From the NCBI GenBank assembly GCA_022813865.1, contig JALDZX010000002.1, positions 310,001-374,000 of the forward strand: a stretch of DNA of 64,000 nucleotides, in the 5' to 3' direction. Shown here piece by piece: positions 25,078-38,857 of this stretch. Every line of letters starts with the position of its first letter. Positions within the stretch are counted from its first letter, which is position 1. This DNA comes from Xylographa opegraphella. Taxonomy: Eukaryota. The notes under the pieces are model-generated. The model was not told the origin of the DNA. It was given only the letters and a program-made list of their open reading frames with translations, and did not search any database. Made by a program: the position numbers and the translations under genes.

Positions 25078-26616
25078 TTATATCTTAACTGAGATGCCAT
25101 TAACATCCAGAGCAATTGCAATAGTTGTCACCATCATAGCATATCCCAGGAGAATTGCCATTGCTGTTCCAGTATTCACAACTATTGTCTTGACAGTCAA
25201 ATTGATCAAGCCCGTCATCAGATTAGCAAGTAAAAAGATGGCAAGCCCATTGCGGTTGTAACAATGAAGAACACGGCTCGTCGCGAAGTCCGCCTCCCTC
25301 CTTTCCGTTGCACGGTCCATAGCCCTATACACATTGGGAAATACGCATGTCTCGATCAGACAGAACGCAAGAATGTGCGCACAATTGAAGGCACAGACCC
25401 ACAAAACATATGGGAGATTAGCCAATCGTCTTGAAACACGAAGAGCCAACCCATAGTTGTAGGATAATGTGAAAGCTAGAAGACAGTTCCATATTAGCGT
25501 CCATGAAGCCAACGTGACTAGCAAACGCCGCCGCTCCTTTCCAGCATTACCGGAAGATTTGGTCATTGGCGATGATCTTGGCAGCACGTACAATCCAGTC
25601 GCTTGTCCCGCAAGGAAAATCGCAAGATAACCAAAGAACGAGAATATACCCTCACGATTCTTACTGATGATATCCGTACGCGGAGCTGTGAGTACATATC
25701 CTTTCAGAGAAGTCAGTTCAAGCAAAGCTTGATAGGCGCTGCCGAGCAGCAAAGCAAGAACAGCATACGATGGTATCAATTTGAAGAAGGACTGGAAGCC
25801 CGCAACAAAAGGCGGTAATAGTGCAAGAGTGAAGAAGAAGTTCCAGTGCACGCCATATTCAGAAACATGTTCTGCGTAGTCCAGTCCTTTGACAGTGTAT
25901 AACCTAACCACACCGAGTACGAATAAGGGCAGCGAATGCTTTACTGATGCATAGAGCCTAGTAGCAAATCCCAACGATCTGCCAGCCAAGTGATTTTTAA
26001 GAATAGGTCTGGCTGCAACCACTCCAGCCGAGAAAACGAATGACCCAACACCGATGTCCATCAGTGAGGTTCCCCAATTCTCCACCTTTGCGAACCGCCT
26101 TGGGAAGATTTGAAAGTCAACTGCAATAATCGCAATACACGTTATAATCATCATGCTCCCTCGGTATGCTGTAATGAAAGGCCTTACGGGTAAAGTGTCG
26201 AGTTTTACTGTTACGGACTTCTCGGCTCGTGTTTCGTTGACTTTGACTGCTCTCGACTGAGGTGATCGAGCACTTTGAGAAGCATATAAGACGACGGCTG
26301 GTGCCAGGAGAAGCACGTTAAGCACCAAAGGGGCCTCGGAGTAAAGTGTGGTTGCGAGAAGGATGGCCACGACATTGAGCAAGAAATCCACCACGAACGC
26401 CAGCCCACCATAGCTTGAGAAGAATCCTTGGCGTGACTGAAGAACGGACCAGAGGAGGACTGCTGCCTAGATGAATTGTCAGTTCCAGCATAATCAGACT
26501 TCTGGACAGCAGGCACTTACTGGTGCAACTGCAGTCACCAAGTTGATCTCCGATGCACTTCCCCCAGTGAGATTAGAAACAAAGTCCTCTTTCAGAGCTT
26601 TGTAGCTTTGCGCCAT
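25078..26616 (-). CDS. GWT1: GPI inositol acyltransferase Gwt1 (PIG-W); 1 intron 26467-26520
   Basis: [89 protein letters not shown]. Confidence 0.96.
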
Positions 26617-27053
26617 GGTTAGCGCTCTGGAGAATACTGCTTCGACTCGCCTAAAAGCATGCTCAAATCAGGTGGCAACAATCGAACTGAAGCATCTGTT
26701 GCAGCGAGTGTCTGCGCAAATAGCGAGGTTCCATCCGAATCCTGAAATAACCTCGTATTACTACTAGATAAAGTATAGTACGCCACGCTAGTCTCTACGA
26801 CGGGCCCCTATTCAGATTAGTCAGACTTTGACACGCCAGACACCCCTGATCTCACTCGTGTTTGGGCATACAGTAAACTGGACCTTTCTCTTCCTTTACA
26901 TCCGCACCCTTCAGACTACAAATTCGACCTGCGCACGCATACGACACTCGTTTGTTCTTGTTCTCTTCTCACACTCATTACACCAACCATTCTCGCCTTT
27001 CTACTCTACTTTATAAACCTATCAAATCTTGTTCCTACACAGATACTCTCAAA

Positions 27054-27941
27054 ATGCAATACTCCGTGCTTCTCTCTGCGCTCTACGCCTCAATGGCTCT
27101 GGGTATTTTGCTCGTAGTAGCAATCAAGAAATCCTTAATGACTTGTATGCAGCTTTGATGGTCACATCTCCTGATAATACCACTACATGGAACGATTCTG
27201 GCTCAAACACAATCAAGTGGACCTCTGTTAGGTAAAAAAAAACCCTATTTTGATTTGTTATATGAGGCTGACGCTGCGCTCGATAGCACGGATCCTAGCA
27301 CCTTGGACATTGTTCTGATCAACAATGCGGTCTACCCCAATACGAAGACAACTATCGCGTCGAATGTCCAGACGTCTGCCGGTTCGTATGATGTTAAGAG
27401 CCTCACAGGCAACGGCGAAGGCTACCAGGTCAATCTCATGTCCACGACCAACGACCAGATTCTTGCACAGTCTGGCCAATTCACGTTGTCTAATTCCTCG
27501 CCGGCTTCAGGGGGAGGGTCTTCTTCAAGTGTGTCTATGCCATCCTCTACCTCAACTTCTGCTACTACTTCCTCAACCTCCCTTACAATAAGTAAGACTG
27601 CATTTCTTCGTGCCCAGTCTTGTCTTTTATTACTTCGCGCTATCCTTCAACCCGAGACAGAACTCTAACGTACAACAATTGTAGTGTCTACATCCGACAT
27701 GTCTACAATGTCCACTGCCTCGACCGCCTCCACTGCCTCCACTGCCTCGACTGCATCCACTGGCTCAACGATGTCTACTGCTACTGCCTCGGGCACCCCA
27801 ACTGGTTCCGCCGGTGCCGCATCTGCAAGTGGTACAGCCTCGAGCACTTCAGCCTCCACAGTCCCATCTAGCGGTGCAACTGTAAACGCGATCAGCTTCG
27901 CTGGACTGGGACTTGGCGGTCTATTTGCTCTCCTGGCATAA
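27054..27941 (+). CDS. GPI-anchored Ser/Thr-rich cell-wall protein with a Kre9/Knh1-like N-terminal domain; 3 introns
   Basis: Signal peptide MQYSVLLSALYASMAL, VTSP..W...IKWTSV.TDP..DIVLIN...YQVNL....ILAQSGQF, S/T tail, omega-like SSGA followed by a hydrophobic C-terminus. Confidence 0.88.
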
Positions 27942-29559
27942 GTGAAATATAAAAGGGCAAGATTGATTCCGATTTGTGTGGGCGTGTTGATAGATCGTCT
28001 GATTGTTTTGCCAGAGTTTCTGTAGAGGATGGAACTATAATTGTTTTTTTGAAGGACATGTGTTGGCCTAATTAGTAAATTGATATCTTGCAACTCTCTC
28101 GAAGCCGAGCAGAGCTCGTCCTTGAACTGTGTTTGTGACTCGTTCGCTTTCCCTTTATTTCAATACTTTTTCAATTGCATTCTGTTGCTTAGATCTCCTC
28201 GAATTAAGTCACCTGTACCGTTTTGGAGTCACGAGAAAGGCATTCCGAGTAAATAATAGTTGGCGCTTCTGACGAACATGTTTCAAGCACCGTCGCTCGG
28301 CTCCCCAGAGACCCTCCCGGGCCGCAGTCTTGTGTTACTTTCCATGTTACATTCAATACATACGACAGACAATTGAGCTCTAATTTTCTAACACAGCAAA
28401 CCAATGCGTGTGCGCAAGAGCGACAATCTTCCAGATTTCCTACGCTGTGGATTCCAGTCCTCCGTCGTATGAGCTTCACCCTCAATTCCCCGGACAGGCC
28501 TTCCATTCCCATACATGCTGCCTGCCCTCCTGCCCCTCCCCACCTTCTCACCAGCTGCCATGCCGCCCTTATCATGCTCCGCCCAACCTATCCCTTGATA
28601 TCTCTATTCAACGGGCACTCTTCTCTTTATACTTCGCCCTTGCCCGCTTTGGTATACACGTTCAACATAGATGCTGGCGTCGCCTCGAAGTGGTATTGCT
28701 GATCTTCGAGGGCAGCTGCGACCGGTAAGCGCCTTCAAAGGAGTGCTTAAGGTTATGTATGGCATGGCGGGAAAAGCAGACAGCCTGAAGACGGCAAGCT
28801 TGCCTGAATGGAATGATTGTGCAGGTGGCTATGAAGGTGAACAAGGAGCAGGTAGAATTCGTGGAAAAAAGTCGACGGGAAGACCTAGAAAACGACCGAA
28901 GATGGTACTATGTGGCACGGAAAGGGCAGATGTTGACACAGTGGGAGGGAGATCAAAGCTTGATAGGGCACGGTAACAACATCGGAGTGGGCCTTTGGTT
29001 CAAGCAGTCTGGTAGTCGGGCCGCAGGACCAACATGAACCTATCGTACATAGAGCACTAATTAATCTGTTTTCCGCGCAATGCTACTCGACAGATCCATG
29101 AATGAAGAAAGTGTCAAACCAGAAACCAAGCGTACCGCATCGCCAGTGTTCTGGAAGACAATTTGGTTGGTGCTTGACATCATTTGACAGAAGCTTTCAG
29201 CTCAAGTTATACATCGTTCAAGTCTAGCTTTTGAGAACATCGAGTGACTGGAGGTGTCGTGATGGTGCAAATAAAGATGAAATAGTACAACAAAGAGAAT
29301 GATGAATACCCAGTAAGCCACACTACACACATCCAACAACCTCCAGAATCCGAAAAATCTTATCAAGATGAGAGAAGCTTCTCTCTACTCATGAACCATC
29401 AGACGCCACGCTCAGCACAATTTGCAGCTACGACGTTTATCATCGAGAAGGTGTATTGGCATTGCACCGTCCCTTCAATGGATCCGCAGGACAATATGCG
29501 AATCCTAAAATGATGTCAGCGAAGGAGGAGTGGGTTTGCAAGATACCCACGTCCTCCAA

Positions 29560-32500
29560 TCAGCCAGCTCTGCCCAGCTCTAATCTCCAATCCTGGACGC
29601 TCTTCGCGATTTCGCTCACACTCTTTGTACAAAGCATGTAGGAGATCTCTGCCTTCCTTGCCGCCTGCTTCGCTTCCTCCATGGCCTTTTCCGCATCACG
29701 AGCCTGGGTAAGTGCGTTAACCATGATTTTTCCCAACTCCAAGAGACGTTCTTTTTTAGGACTCGATGGCTCGTGGCGTGCTGTTTCGAGAATATCCATG
29801 GCTAATGCGGTGTTGTTCGAGAGCTCGGACTTCCTTGGTGATTCTAGCACAGGTGTGTCCAACATGATGTCGGTGGGCTGAGCTCGATCGCTCTTCGAAG
29901 CGTTCCGATTCTTACTGAATACGGTCGTACGGTCAAGTCGTTGCGCATCGGGTACCGGTAGAGACGGACTGCCTTTGGAGTTGATATGGGCCTTGGATAT
30001 TCTGACAGTCTTTTTCGAGGAAGTACCAAGAAGACCCTTATCAGACGCTCGTTTGTGAAAGAAACCACGAACATTGGAGAAGACACTCTTTGAGGTCGAA
30101 GCTAGGGATATTGTTGACTCTTGCGTAGTTGAACCACCGTATGAGGTATAACCGGCAATTTGAGATCGAAACGATGTTGTTCTAGTACTATCTTGATCAA
30201 CATTTCCCTGTAGTAGCATCGTTCCTTTAGCGGGGTACTTTTTGTAATCAGAGAAAGCTGGCTCGTTCAGTGTAAAGTCTGGCACTGGAGTATGAGACGA
30301 GCTGCGTGGTGGGAATATTTCCGGAGATCCTGCTGTGTCTCGTTCAGCCCGGGCAGGAGTCTTTAAAGCTTGCTCTTGACAGATTGTAGGCTTTTCGTCC
30401 TTGTTATCGTTCTCAGTAGTGGAGTCAACAGCTACTGGATTTGGGTCATCCTGATTAGTGGCTACTTTGAGCCTGGAGACTGTTGATGGAGCACGACGCG
30501 GCTTAATGCTGAGAGCTCGCTCAGGAAGTGATGATATCCACGAACTTTCTCCCACGATTGCATCCTCATACAATGATTGTCGCTTGTGCTGCGAAGTGGC
30601 CTCAGAACGACCATCCACAAACCGAGCGTCCTCCAAGTGTGATCTGGCATCGAAGAACGGATCATCGCCGATTGACGTTACAGTACTTCGGGAACTGGCA
30701 CCATTGAGAACAACGTCGTGTTGTAAGTGTAAACGACGAAGAGAGTAGTCTATGCTTATGGAATGCGATCGCTTCTTTCGAAATTCGCTGCTGTCGAGGT
30801 CACGCTGGGAGTCCGAACGTACAAGACCTTGGCTGCTCACAGGACGGTTGAGCTCTGAAACAGTGTGTGGTCGAAGAGCAGGTCCATCTCGGGATTTCCT
30901 GAATTCCTTCCCAGTAATCATGCATCGTAGGTCCTTATTCTTGATTGCCGAGCTTGATACGTTCTCCTTACAAAACTCCTTTTGCCCCATAATCAGTCGG
31001 TCTGCGGAGTGAGAGATCCACAATGTCGGCCCGTGAGTTGGAGCAAAGCGGGAAAGTCTTTTCATGGTGTAAGCTCGAGTTCGCGATGCTTGGCCAGTCA
31101 ACGGTGTCGGACCTTCATTGTCAATAGTGTTTGTGGTGGAAGGGACAGTAACGTCCATGCCATTATTGTGTATTGGTGCCACTTGCTTGCTGGGTTCTTC
31201 GTAAACAGCAAATTCATGATGCAGGGTATGTTTGACCCGGTCAGTAGAAACCAACGTTGTTCCTGTCGGAGAGCTTGGGGAAGTATCATCCAATTCATAG
31301 TACTGAGTATGTTCGTGTAGGTACTTCCCGTTGGTAGACTCATGAGCAACGGCCTGCATATTTGATACTTGACCATTTTCACTCGCGACACAAGCTCGAA
31401 CTCCATGCTTCAAAGAATTTTTGCGAGGACTTGGGCCTGTAGGAAGACTAATGGAATGCGACTCAGGTAGTGTAACTTGACTTCCTTGACGGAAATCGCG
31501 GGACGAACGTCGGCTTCCAGGAACCATTTTCGTCGGGGCTCGACATCCATCTGGATATGATTTGCCTCTAATCGCATGGGAGCTCTGAACCGTCTGCTCG
31601 GCAGGCTTTGACTTTGTGGAAGTAGTGGTGGTGTTAATGGGATTATTCTTTTCAGCGTTAGAAGAAGCTAATCCAGCACGAAGATTCGAGGTCCGAGTTT
31701 GACGTGGCACTGGCGGAGGCTTCTGCGCACGAGATGACTTGTGAACAATCGCTTGTGGAATACGGGATACTGGAACAGGAGATTGCTGAATATTCAGTGC
31801 TTGAGTTACCTCACACTCCACTACACTCTGTCCGACTTTGGTGTCTGTCGTCAGATTCTTTTTTGTATCAGAAGAGGTCGGGCACGTAGATTCAGGTTGC
31901 AACAATCCCATTCCTGTCAATAATGCAGCTCTCGGTGGTATAGAATAGGAGAAAGCACTGTTATTTATCGATGGGTCGCCAATTTGATCCTTGTTATCAA
32001 GATCACGGTCTTGAGTCATGGAGCAGTCTTTCCCGGGAATCAGTAATCTCGGTAGTCGAGCTCTAAGGCAAGTTCGAGAATCTAGCTCATGGATTTCCGA
32101 TTTTGGGACAGGCTTTTCTGGATTAAGGACAGGCCATTCTTCCATGTTGTTCGGTTCTCCGGGTGGAGAGCGCGTAAGAGGCTTCTCAAGAGCGTCGATA
32201 ATACCGCGATCAAGTCCCGAGACTGGCTCAGCCTCGATGACCTGTGCGATGGGGTGGGCAGGAAGAGGTTTTTCTGACGGCAAAGGCTTTGTATTTAAGC
32301 TGTACATTGGGTTTCGGGATTCTGACATCTTGGCGCCTGACGTGCGAGTCGTCTGGTGTTTCAATTAGATTATGTAGAGAGTTGAAGGTTACGCTGGGCA
32401 ATAGCTACCTTGTCATGAGGAACAGCTGCATCAGGTGTTGTAGGTGATCTCTTTTGGCTCTTGCCACTGACACGCTTTGCTGCCGATGCCATCCATGAGC

Positions 32501-32729
32501 TTGTTTTAGATTTCTTAGATGACATAGAGCTTGGAGCCGAATTGCGTTTGGGAGCACGACCGAGTGCTGCTACTCGAGAAGCAATAGTTGGAGACATGAA
32601 GCGAGGCGAAGGTTTGAGACTATCAGCCTGCTCAGTATCACTGAACGCTTCGGATGTATTGGGAGACCATCTCGAATTCATGTTGCTCAATGTGTCCGTG
32701 CTCGATGTGACGTCCAAGAGCTTACCCAT
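29560..32729 (-). CDS. Large, mostly disordered hypothetical protein with a C-terminal helical/coiled-coil segment; 1 intron ~32353-32408
   Basis: 119-aa and 934-aa ORFs joined in frame by GTAGCT...CTAAT...CAG; PRFMSPTIAS motif; C-terminal LLELGKIMVNALTQARDAEKAMEEAKQAARKAE. Confidence 0.8.
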
Positions 32730-33349
32730 GCTGTTCTTGTTTGTGGATTGTTTGTTGATTGTTGTGCTAATGTGGGCACCCGAAGTTAATTATGAGCGGT
32801 AAGCTCGAGTCTTCTCTATTCCGAGTGATCTATCGGCATATGAAGTGTCGGACGAAGGTACTGGCTAACTTGAAAGCACGAAGGGCGAACAGAATTAACC
32901 AAGATGAGAGTCCTCATTGCTCATAGATGAACTGCGAAAGGTTGAGGAACGAGAACCAAATATTGAGAAGGACTACACCACATGCACTGAATACGCGAAT
33001 TTAGTTCATTCACCTCGGAAAAGAGGCACGTAAGCTAGTACTTAAGAAGCAGCTGAAAACTTCTCAAGCGTGTTGAATGGTCCCGGCCATTTGAAAGAGA
33101 AGAAGGTATGGGTTTCTTGTCAATTAATCATGTCAACGTTACCAGTTCACGCTTCGATGTGCACTGCACATTAAATTTTCAAAGCATTTCACATTCGCTC
33201 TGGTCGTGACATAGAAAGACGCACGAAGGACACAGAGTCATTAACCCTGACAGAAAGGTTGGTGTCATGAAATCTTGTCAATACTTAGCTTCTACCAAGT
33301 TGGTTTCCCTCCGATGCCCTTAATACAATCCACATGGGGAGTCCTTCGT

Positions 33350-34115
33350 CTATCTCATTGCCACATCTTCACCTCCTGCAAGCTCATCATGTTTCCTCTT
33401 CGCGGTTCCAATGCCTCCCTCAGAAAAATCCGTACCGTCATCATTGTTGAATTCCACAATCTCCCATTCTACCCTAGTTTTCCCATCGAGACTGGTCTCG
33501 CCACCTCTTCTCCGTGTCAATCTCCCTAGCTCGCTGCCCTCAATAATTTCCTCAAACCATGGCTGGCCCTTTCTGCGGGTCGCATGGTCTTGCAACATCA
33601 TCGATTCTAAGCGACCATGGTCTTCGCCTTCGCCCTCCGGTGTAGCAGAAGGCAGGACACCAGTGTCGGCGAGAATGTCAATACTATCGCTTCGAAGACT
33701 GGCCAGATTCACTGAAAGCATCTCGGCTTCTTCTCTACTCTCTTCGTTCCAGGCCGTCAGAGGTGTGCCGCAGAAGCCACAGAAGTGCCGTTTTATATGC
33801 GGTGCATGCCAAGGAGAAAAGACACGTCGAATGCTACTATGAGATTCATTGGGGTAGAACGCGTATGTAGTGCTCTGATACCAAGGCAAAGGTACGCGCA
33901 AGAATGCTGTATATGGGCTAGAGTGGGCACGACCTTGACGTACAGCATGCTCAGTCTTGGTTGTGCTCAGGCGAGGGTAGAGACGAGGACTTACGACTAT
34001 CCGAGCTACTCTCAAAAAAGACCTTTGCGATGGAGCTTGCATTTTCAGGGAACACAATGACATATTGGTTTCTCCCGCAGGAGCATTTTCCTTGGAGGTT
34101 CAGAGTAGTGGCCAT
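33350..34115 (-). CDS. Mss4-like/GFA (CENP-V-like) zinc-binding protein; 1 intron
   Basis: MATTLNLQGKCSCGRNQY...; KRHFCGFCGTPLTAW; spliced to RAHSSPYTAFLRVPL. Confidence 0.8.
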
Positions 34116-34917
34116 GTTGAGTTGTCAAAGGATGTTCGTGGATATGATGCGAGGATAGAATTAAGTCCAAGCGAGAAATCGTCATGTCAGTGGTACCGGC
34201 CGAGACAGCGGGAAGCTTCAGATCATTCTGCACATGGTCCGATGTTCGAGTGTAGCCGAGTCCGTAATCCAATCAAGCTGCCGGAAAAGCAGAAATGATT
34301 AGGACACCAAAGGCTTTGGAACACCAATATTACTGTCCTCCCTCCGCTTCTAGAAGCTACCAGTAGCTTCAATATTCGACACACGCTAGATAAGGCTCCC
34401 TCAAACACGGAGACAAGCGAAGGAAATGAGAGACAGTCCCGACAGGGCTAGCTTAGCTTAATGAAGCAGGGCCTTTAGATGGACACTACCTCACTACGTC
34501 CGAACTACTTCCGAACTACTTCTACCTTAAGGTTGTCTAGAAGTGGCCTTTGGTACCTGATACTCTTTCAGTCCGACCTCTACATTAAACAAGCTACCTC
34601 CTTTACATGATATCTTCTACTCGATTTGGGTTTTCGTTTTTCCTCTTCTCAAACGCGCCAAATAGATCAGGAAGGGTGTGATCGATACCCCTCACAGCAC
34701 AGCCCCAAGAGGCATTGTTTGCATTCACAGTACTTGTAGATTCCTGCTTCTGAATGCGGCATGATTACAAACTTCCATTCATGTGTTGCGTTGATATCAT
34801 GAGCGTGCCTATGCCGTTGATTCCGAATATTCTTCGCACGCATCTCTCGTGTCGTGACCTTTCATTCCAGCTGTAAGGGTTCTTTGGAATTCTATCGAGA
34901 CCTGTAAGCTTGTAAGG

Positions 34918-37427
34918 ATGACCGGTGAGTGAGAGCTATTCTTGATGATTACAACGACAGTTTTCAGTTCTAACACAGGATCTCCTAGCCGAAAGTCTCC
35001 ATCGACGCTCTTGGACTCGAATTGTTGGCAGCTGGGAGACTTTACGACTTCATCTGCCACCGGTCGACTTCATAACGCTGCATTACACCTATTTTCTTGG
35101 TGTCTGCATATTATCGAGCATCATATTCTATGTCTCTTCAACTCCAGTTGGGAGTGTGACTTTCACGGATTCACTCTTTCTAACAGTAAGCGCGATGACC
35201 TTAGCAGGACTGAACACGATGAACCTTTCTCAGCTCAATACATTTCAACAAGTCTTACTCTTCTTGTTAATCTTACTTGGTTCTGCCATCTTTGTGTCGT
35301 CTTTTGTGGTACATGTGAGACGTAAAACTTTCGAACGCCGCTTCAAGCATATCATCGAGCTGGAACGTCGGGAGCGGCGGACGAGAAGGAACTCTGAAAT
35401 CTCTACGTCCCATCCTCCTCAGCCTTTCAGTCCACTTTCGGGTCATGATTTGCAAAGAGAAGTTGATAGAGTATGCAATAATGAAAGGACCGACAATTCA
35501 CCACGACGCGAATGCGGCAGTTCTCCTGTTGTCGATAATATGGTCCCGCTTTCACCGATTCAATTGGTCCAAGAGAACACGCAGGTGAGTAATGCAGATA
35601 TCCACAAGACAGAATCTACACAGGATGTGGAAACTGGAGCTTTGAGCACTTTAAGGGACAAAAATGATGGTGGAGCTGGTTCTCCACATATCTCTTTTGC
35701 CTCCTCGTTCCTCAGGTTTGCGCCACAAGGGCCGCCTTCTGCGAAACGATCATACAGACAACCTTACGCTTGGTCTGATGGGGATCTTTCTCCGAGCATC
35801 AATCACCGTCTTGAGAATGACCATAGTGCTTTGCCTTATCAGAATACTCGAGTACGGCAAAAATCTGAGTTAGAGAAGCCAGACCAGGGAACGCAAAAAT
35901 ACTTCCAATCAGGCGGTACAATAGGACGGAACTCTCAGTTTCACAGTCTCACAATCGCAGAAAGAGAACGTCTCGGCGGTGTGGAGTACCGTGCTGTTTT
36001 ATTGCTTGAATTCATCGTACCGATTTACTTCGTTGTCTGGCAGTTACTTGGTTGTGTCAGTTTGGGAGCTTGGGTTGCTCTTAATGCCACGGCTACTACA
36101 CTACAAAACGGGCTTAACCCTTGGTACAACTTCTTTTCACGTGCAAGTCGAGATCTAACTGCTTGACAGGTGGATTGGAGCCTTCAACGCCGTGTCCGCG
36201 TTCAACAATTCAGGAATGAGTCTTCTGGACGCGAACATGGTGAGTTGTCACTACTGAGTGGTGTGCATCTAAGAGACCATGTTTATAAGTTTCAACTAGA
36301 CTGCTTTTCAAACTTCTGATTACATGCTCATCACAATGAGTCTGCTCATACTTGCAGGGAATACTTGGTCTGAGTCTTCCTGCCCTCCAGCGATCCTGCA
36401 ATTGACTTTTTGAAAGTTATCCGATCTTTCTCCGCTTTCTCTTATGGTCGATGGCAAAGTTGCTCCCCATTAGAGGAACGTTCATTAAGACTAAATCTAC
36501 TATCCGCTTCTTGCTTGACCATCCGAGACGCTGTTACACGACGCTCTTTCCATCGAGTCATACATGGTGGCTTCTGGGCACCATCGTTGTCTTGAACTGT
36601 ATAGACTGGGCTGCATTTGGGATTCTTACGGTAAGTATCCCAGAATAAAACTGCTCCTTTCCTTCCTCATCTCTGATAATGCATCACAGATAGGAAATAG
36701 TTCTCTCACTTCGCTACCGGTCGGTACTCGAGTTATCGATGGCCTCTTCCAGGCTATTGCTGTCCGTTCCGGCGGCTTCTATGTCGTCAATATCGCTGAA
36801 CTCCGGATCGGTTTATTGGTTCTCTACGCTATCATGATGTATATCTCAGTCTATCCTGTTGTCATCACTATGCGGAACTCCAACGTTTACGAAGAACGCT
36901 CACTCGGCATCTATGCGGAAGATCCCATGGAAACGCGCGAAGTATCGCAGGCAAACCTGCTCGGAAGCTTTCTCCGCCGCCTCACTCATCGCCAGCGTTC
37001 TAGCAGTGCGGAATCACGAGAATACTTTATCCGCCAACAACTTCGCGGACAGCTTGCGTACGACCTATGGTGGATTGTGCTGGCCGTACTCTTCATCACT
37101 ATCGCCGAGACTGGTCAGTTCGAGGCCGATCCTGTCAGTTATTCTGTCTTCAATATTGTGTTCGAGGTTATTTCTGCATACGGATGTGTGGGCATTAGCG
37201 TGGGCTTGCCAGGAGTGGCCTACAGTTTCTGCGGTGGCTGGCATGTCATCAGCAAATTGATCCTTTGCGCAGTCATGATCCGAGGGCGTCACAGGGGCTT
37301 GCCGGTGGCGATCGATCGGGCTGTGCTGCTGCCTGGAGAGCACCTGGGGGCCGCGGAGGAAGAGGATGCGCAGATCCGGAGAGAGAGAACTTTGAGTAGG
37401 GCGCCCACCATGACGCCCGGTGTCTAA
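34918..37427 (+). CDS. Trk/HKT-family potassium transporter, multi-exon
   Basis: FITLHYTYF, DSLFLTVSAMTLAGLN, ERERLGGVEYRA, SAFNNSGMSLLD, LDHPRRCYTTLFP, FQAIAVRSGGF, FEVISAYGCVGIS, IRGRHRGLPVAIDRA; start inferred as ATG ACC G|intron 34925-34988|CC GAA. Confidence 0.92.
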
Positions 37428-38857
37428 GACGGGTAGGTGTTACGCGGAATGTTTGGCTTGCATCCCCGGCTGTGGCGTTGGAGTAAAGGTGTGCGGACGG
37501 AGTAGTCCTCTAGACAGGTTCCTTTTCCTGGGTTGTCTCAATATCAGTAGTCCTGCATCCTCACACGAGGAACCTCGTTTGCAATGTTCCCCTGCGCCAT
37601 CCAATGTCACGGCGTCATTGAGATTCGCTGTGCCAGAAGCGTTCTTCAAAGAATGAGTCATGTACCCGCCGCGGACTTGCTCGCTTTACCAGATGGTTTC
37701 ACACACGCCTGGCGCTTTACTGTGCGAATAGAAGTTGCTCGCTCGCCATGATGCTTGTTTTCCCCCCTCCAGCCACCGTTTTTCTTCCCACCACTGGAGT
37801 TGATGGTCTACTTCCGGCCGTAGTTGATGGATGTATACAGGACAGCCTCTTTCACCTAAGAGACACGCTTTCCCGCCAAAAGCTACCATGTGCAGGCAGT
37901 CCCACATGTAGGATTTGCAGGCTACATTTTATTTCCTGCGATGTCCTGTTGCTGGCTCCGATGCTAGGAGAGAGATAGAAAAGCGATTTTCAGATGGCCA
38001 ATGTCCCGAACGACCATGTGCGACCGGGGGCGCGGGTGGAGGGTAATGCATGATGGTTGGAGAATCTACAAATACCCTTTTCACTACGTCCAGATGATCG
38101 ATGCGAGAAACATTGTGTCTGAGACGAGACCATACATTGGCCTATGGAGCATGAAGCAGATACATAAGCGTGGAGCGAAACCATCATACGAAGAAGGCAC
38201 GAGGCGACGACGTCGTAAGCTGACGTTTGTTTTTTTTCTCTATCTCTATCTGCTCTGGTGAAAAGCTATCGTAATCTCGTGAACCCACCAGCTGCAAAAT
38301 ATACACATGTAGACGCAAACCCACCACGCCTCGCCGATGCACACTATCAAGCTTTTTTTCGGTCCAGGCGCCAGTGGTTGCTGGTTATGAGACAGAGGAC
38401 AAGGAGTCGAATCTCCGACATGCCGTTTTTCGATTTGAAAACTGTCTTGTTGCGGAATACCTTTGCGCGTTGGTTTCGCACCGTTTGGCTATCGTGCTTT
38501 CTCTTCGGCTGTCGGAGGGATAGTCCTTGCTGCCATTTGATCGAGGCAACATGGCTCCAGCCTGGAACTGACGGAGCCGAGTGGTAGCGCAAAATGACTG
38601 CGAGGGCTTCTTTCTAGAACTCAGCGATGCTGTGGATCTAATATATCGGGTTCTTCGACCACCCCCAGGCGTCCGACTGGTCTCTGGCAGTGAGAACTTG
38701 GATGTTTTTTTAAGGTCTGATTTATATTCTGATTTCCGTCGTTGTACCAACAAAAGCGGATTTAAAACATGATAACAGCCTCCCAGTGATGAGTAGAAAA
38801 ATTATGCAGGGTATCGTTGCAAGGAATGCGAAACAGCCTGCCATAACAAGAAATGCT

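Noticed and set aside
28373..29040. Possible small spliced gene or pseudogene between the GPI protein and the large hypothetical
   Set aside because: A GTAAGC...CAG intron-like pair and a protein-like 3' frame exist, but there is no recognisable homology or coherent 5' exon.
32353..32408. Apparent in-frame stop/readthrough between the 119-aa and 934-aa ORFs
   Set aside because: Explained by a canonical GT-AG intron.
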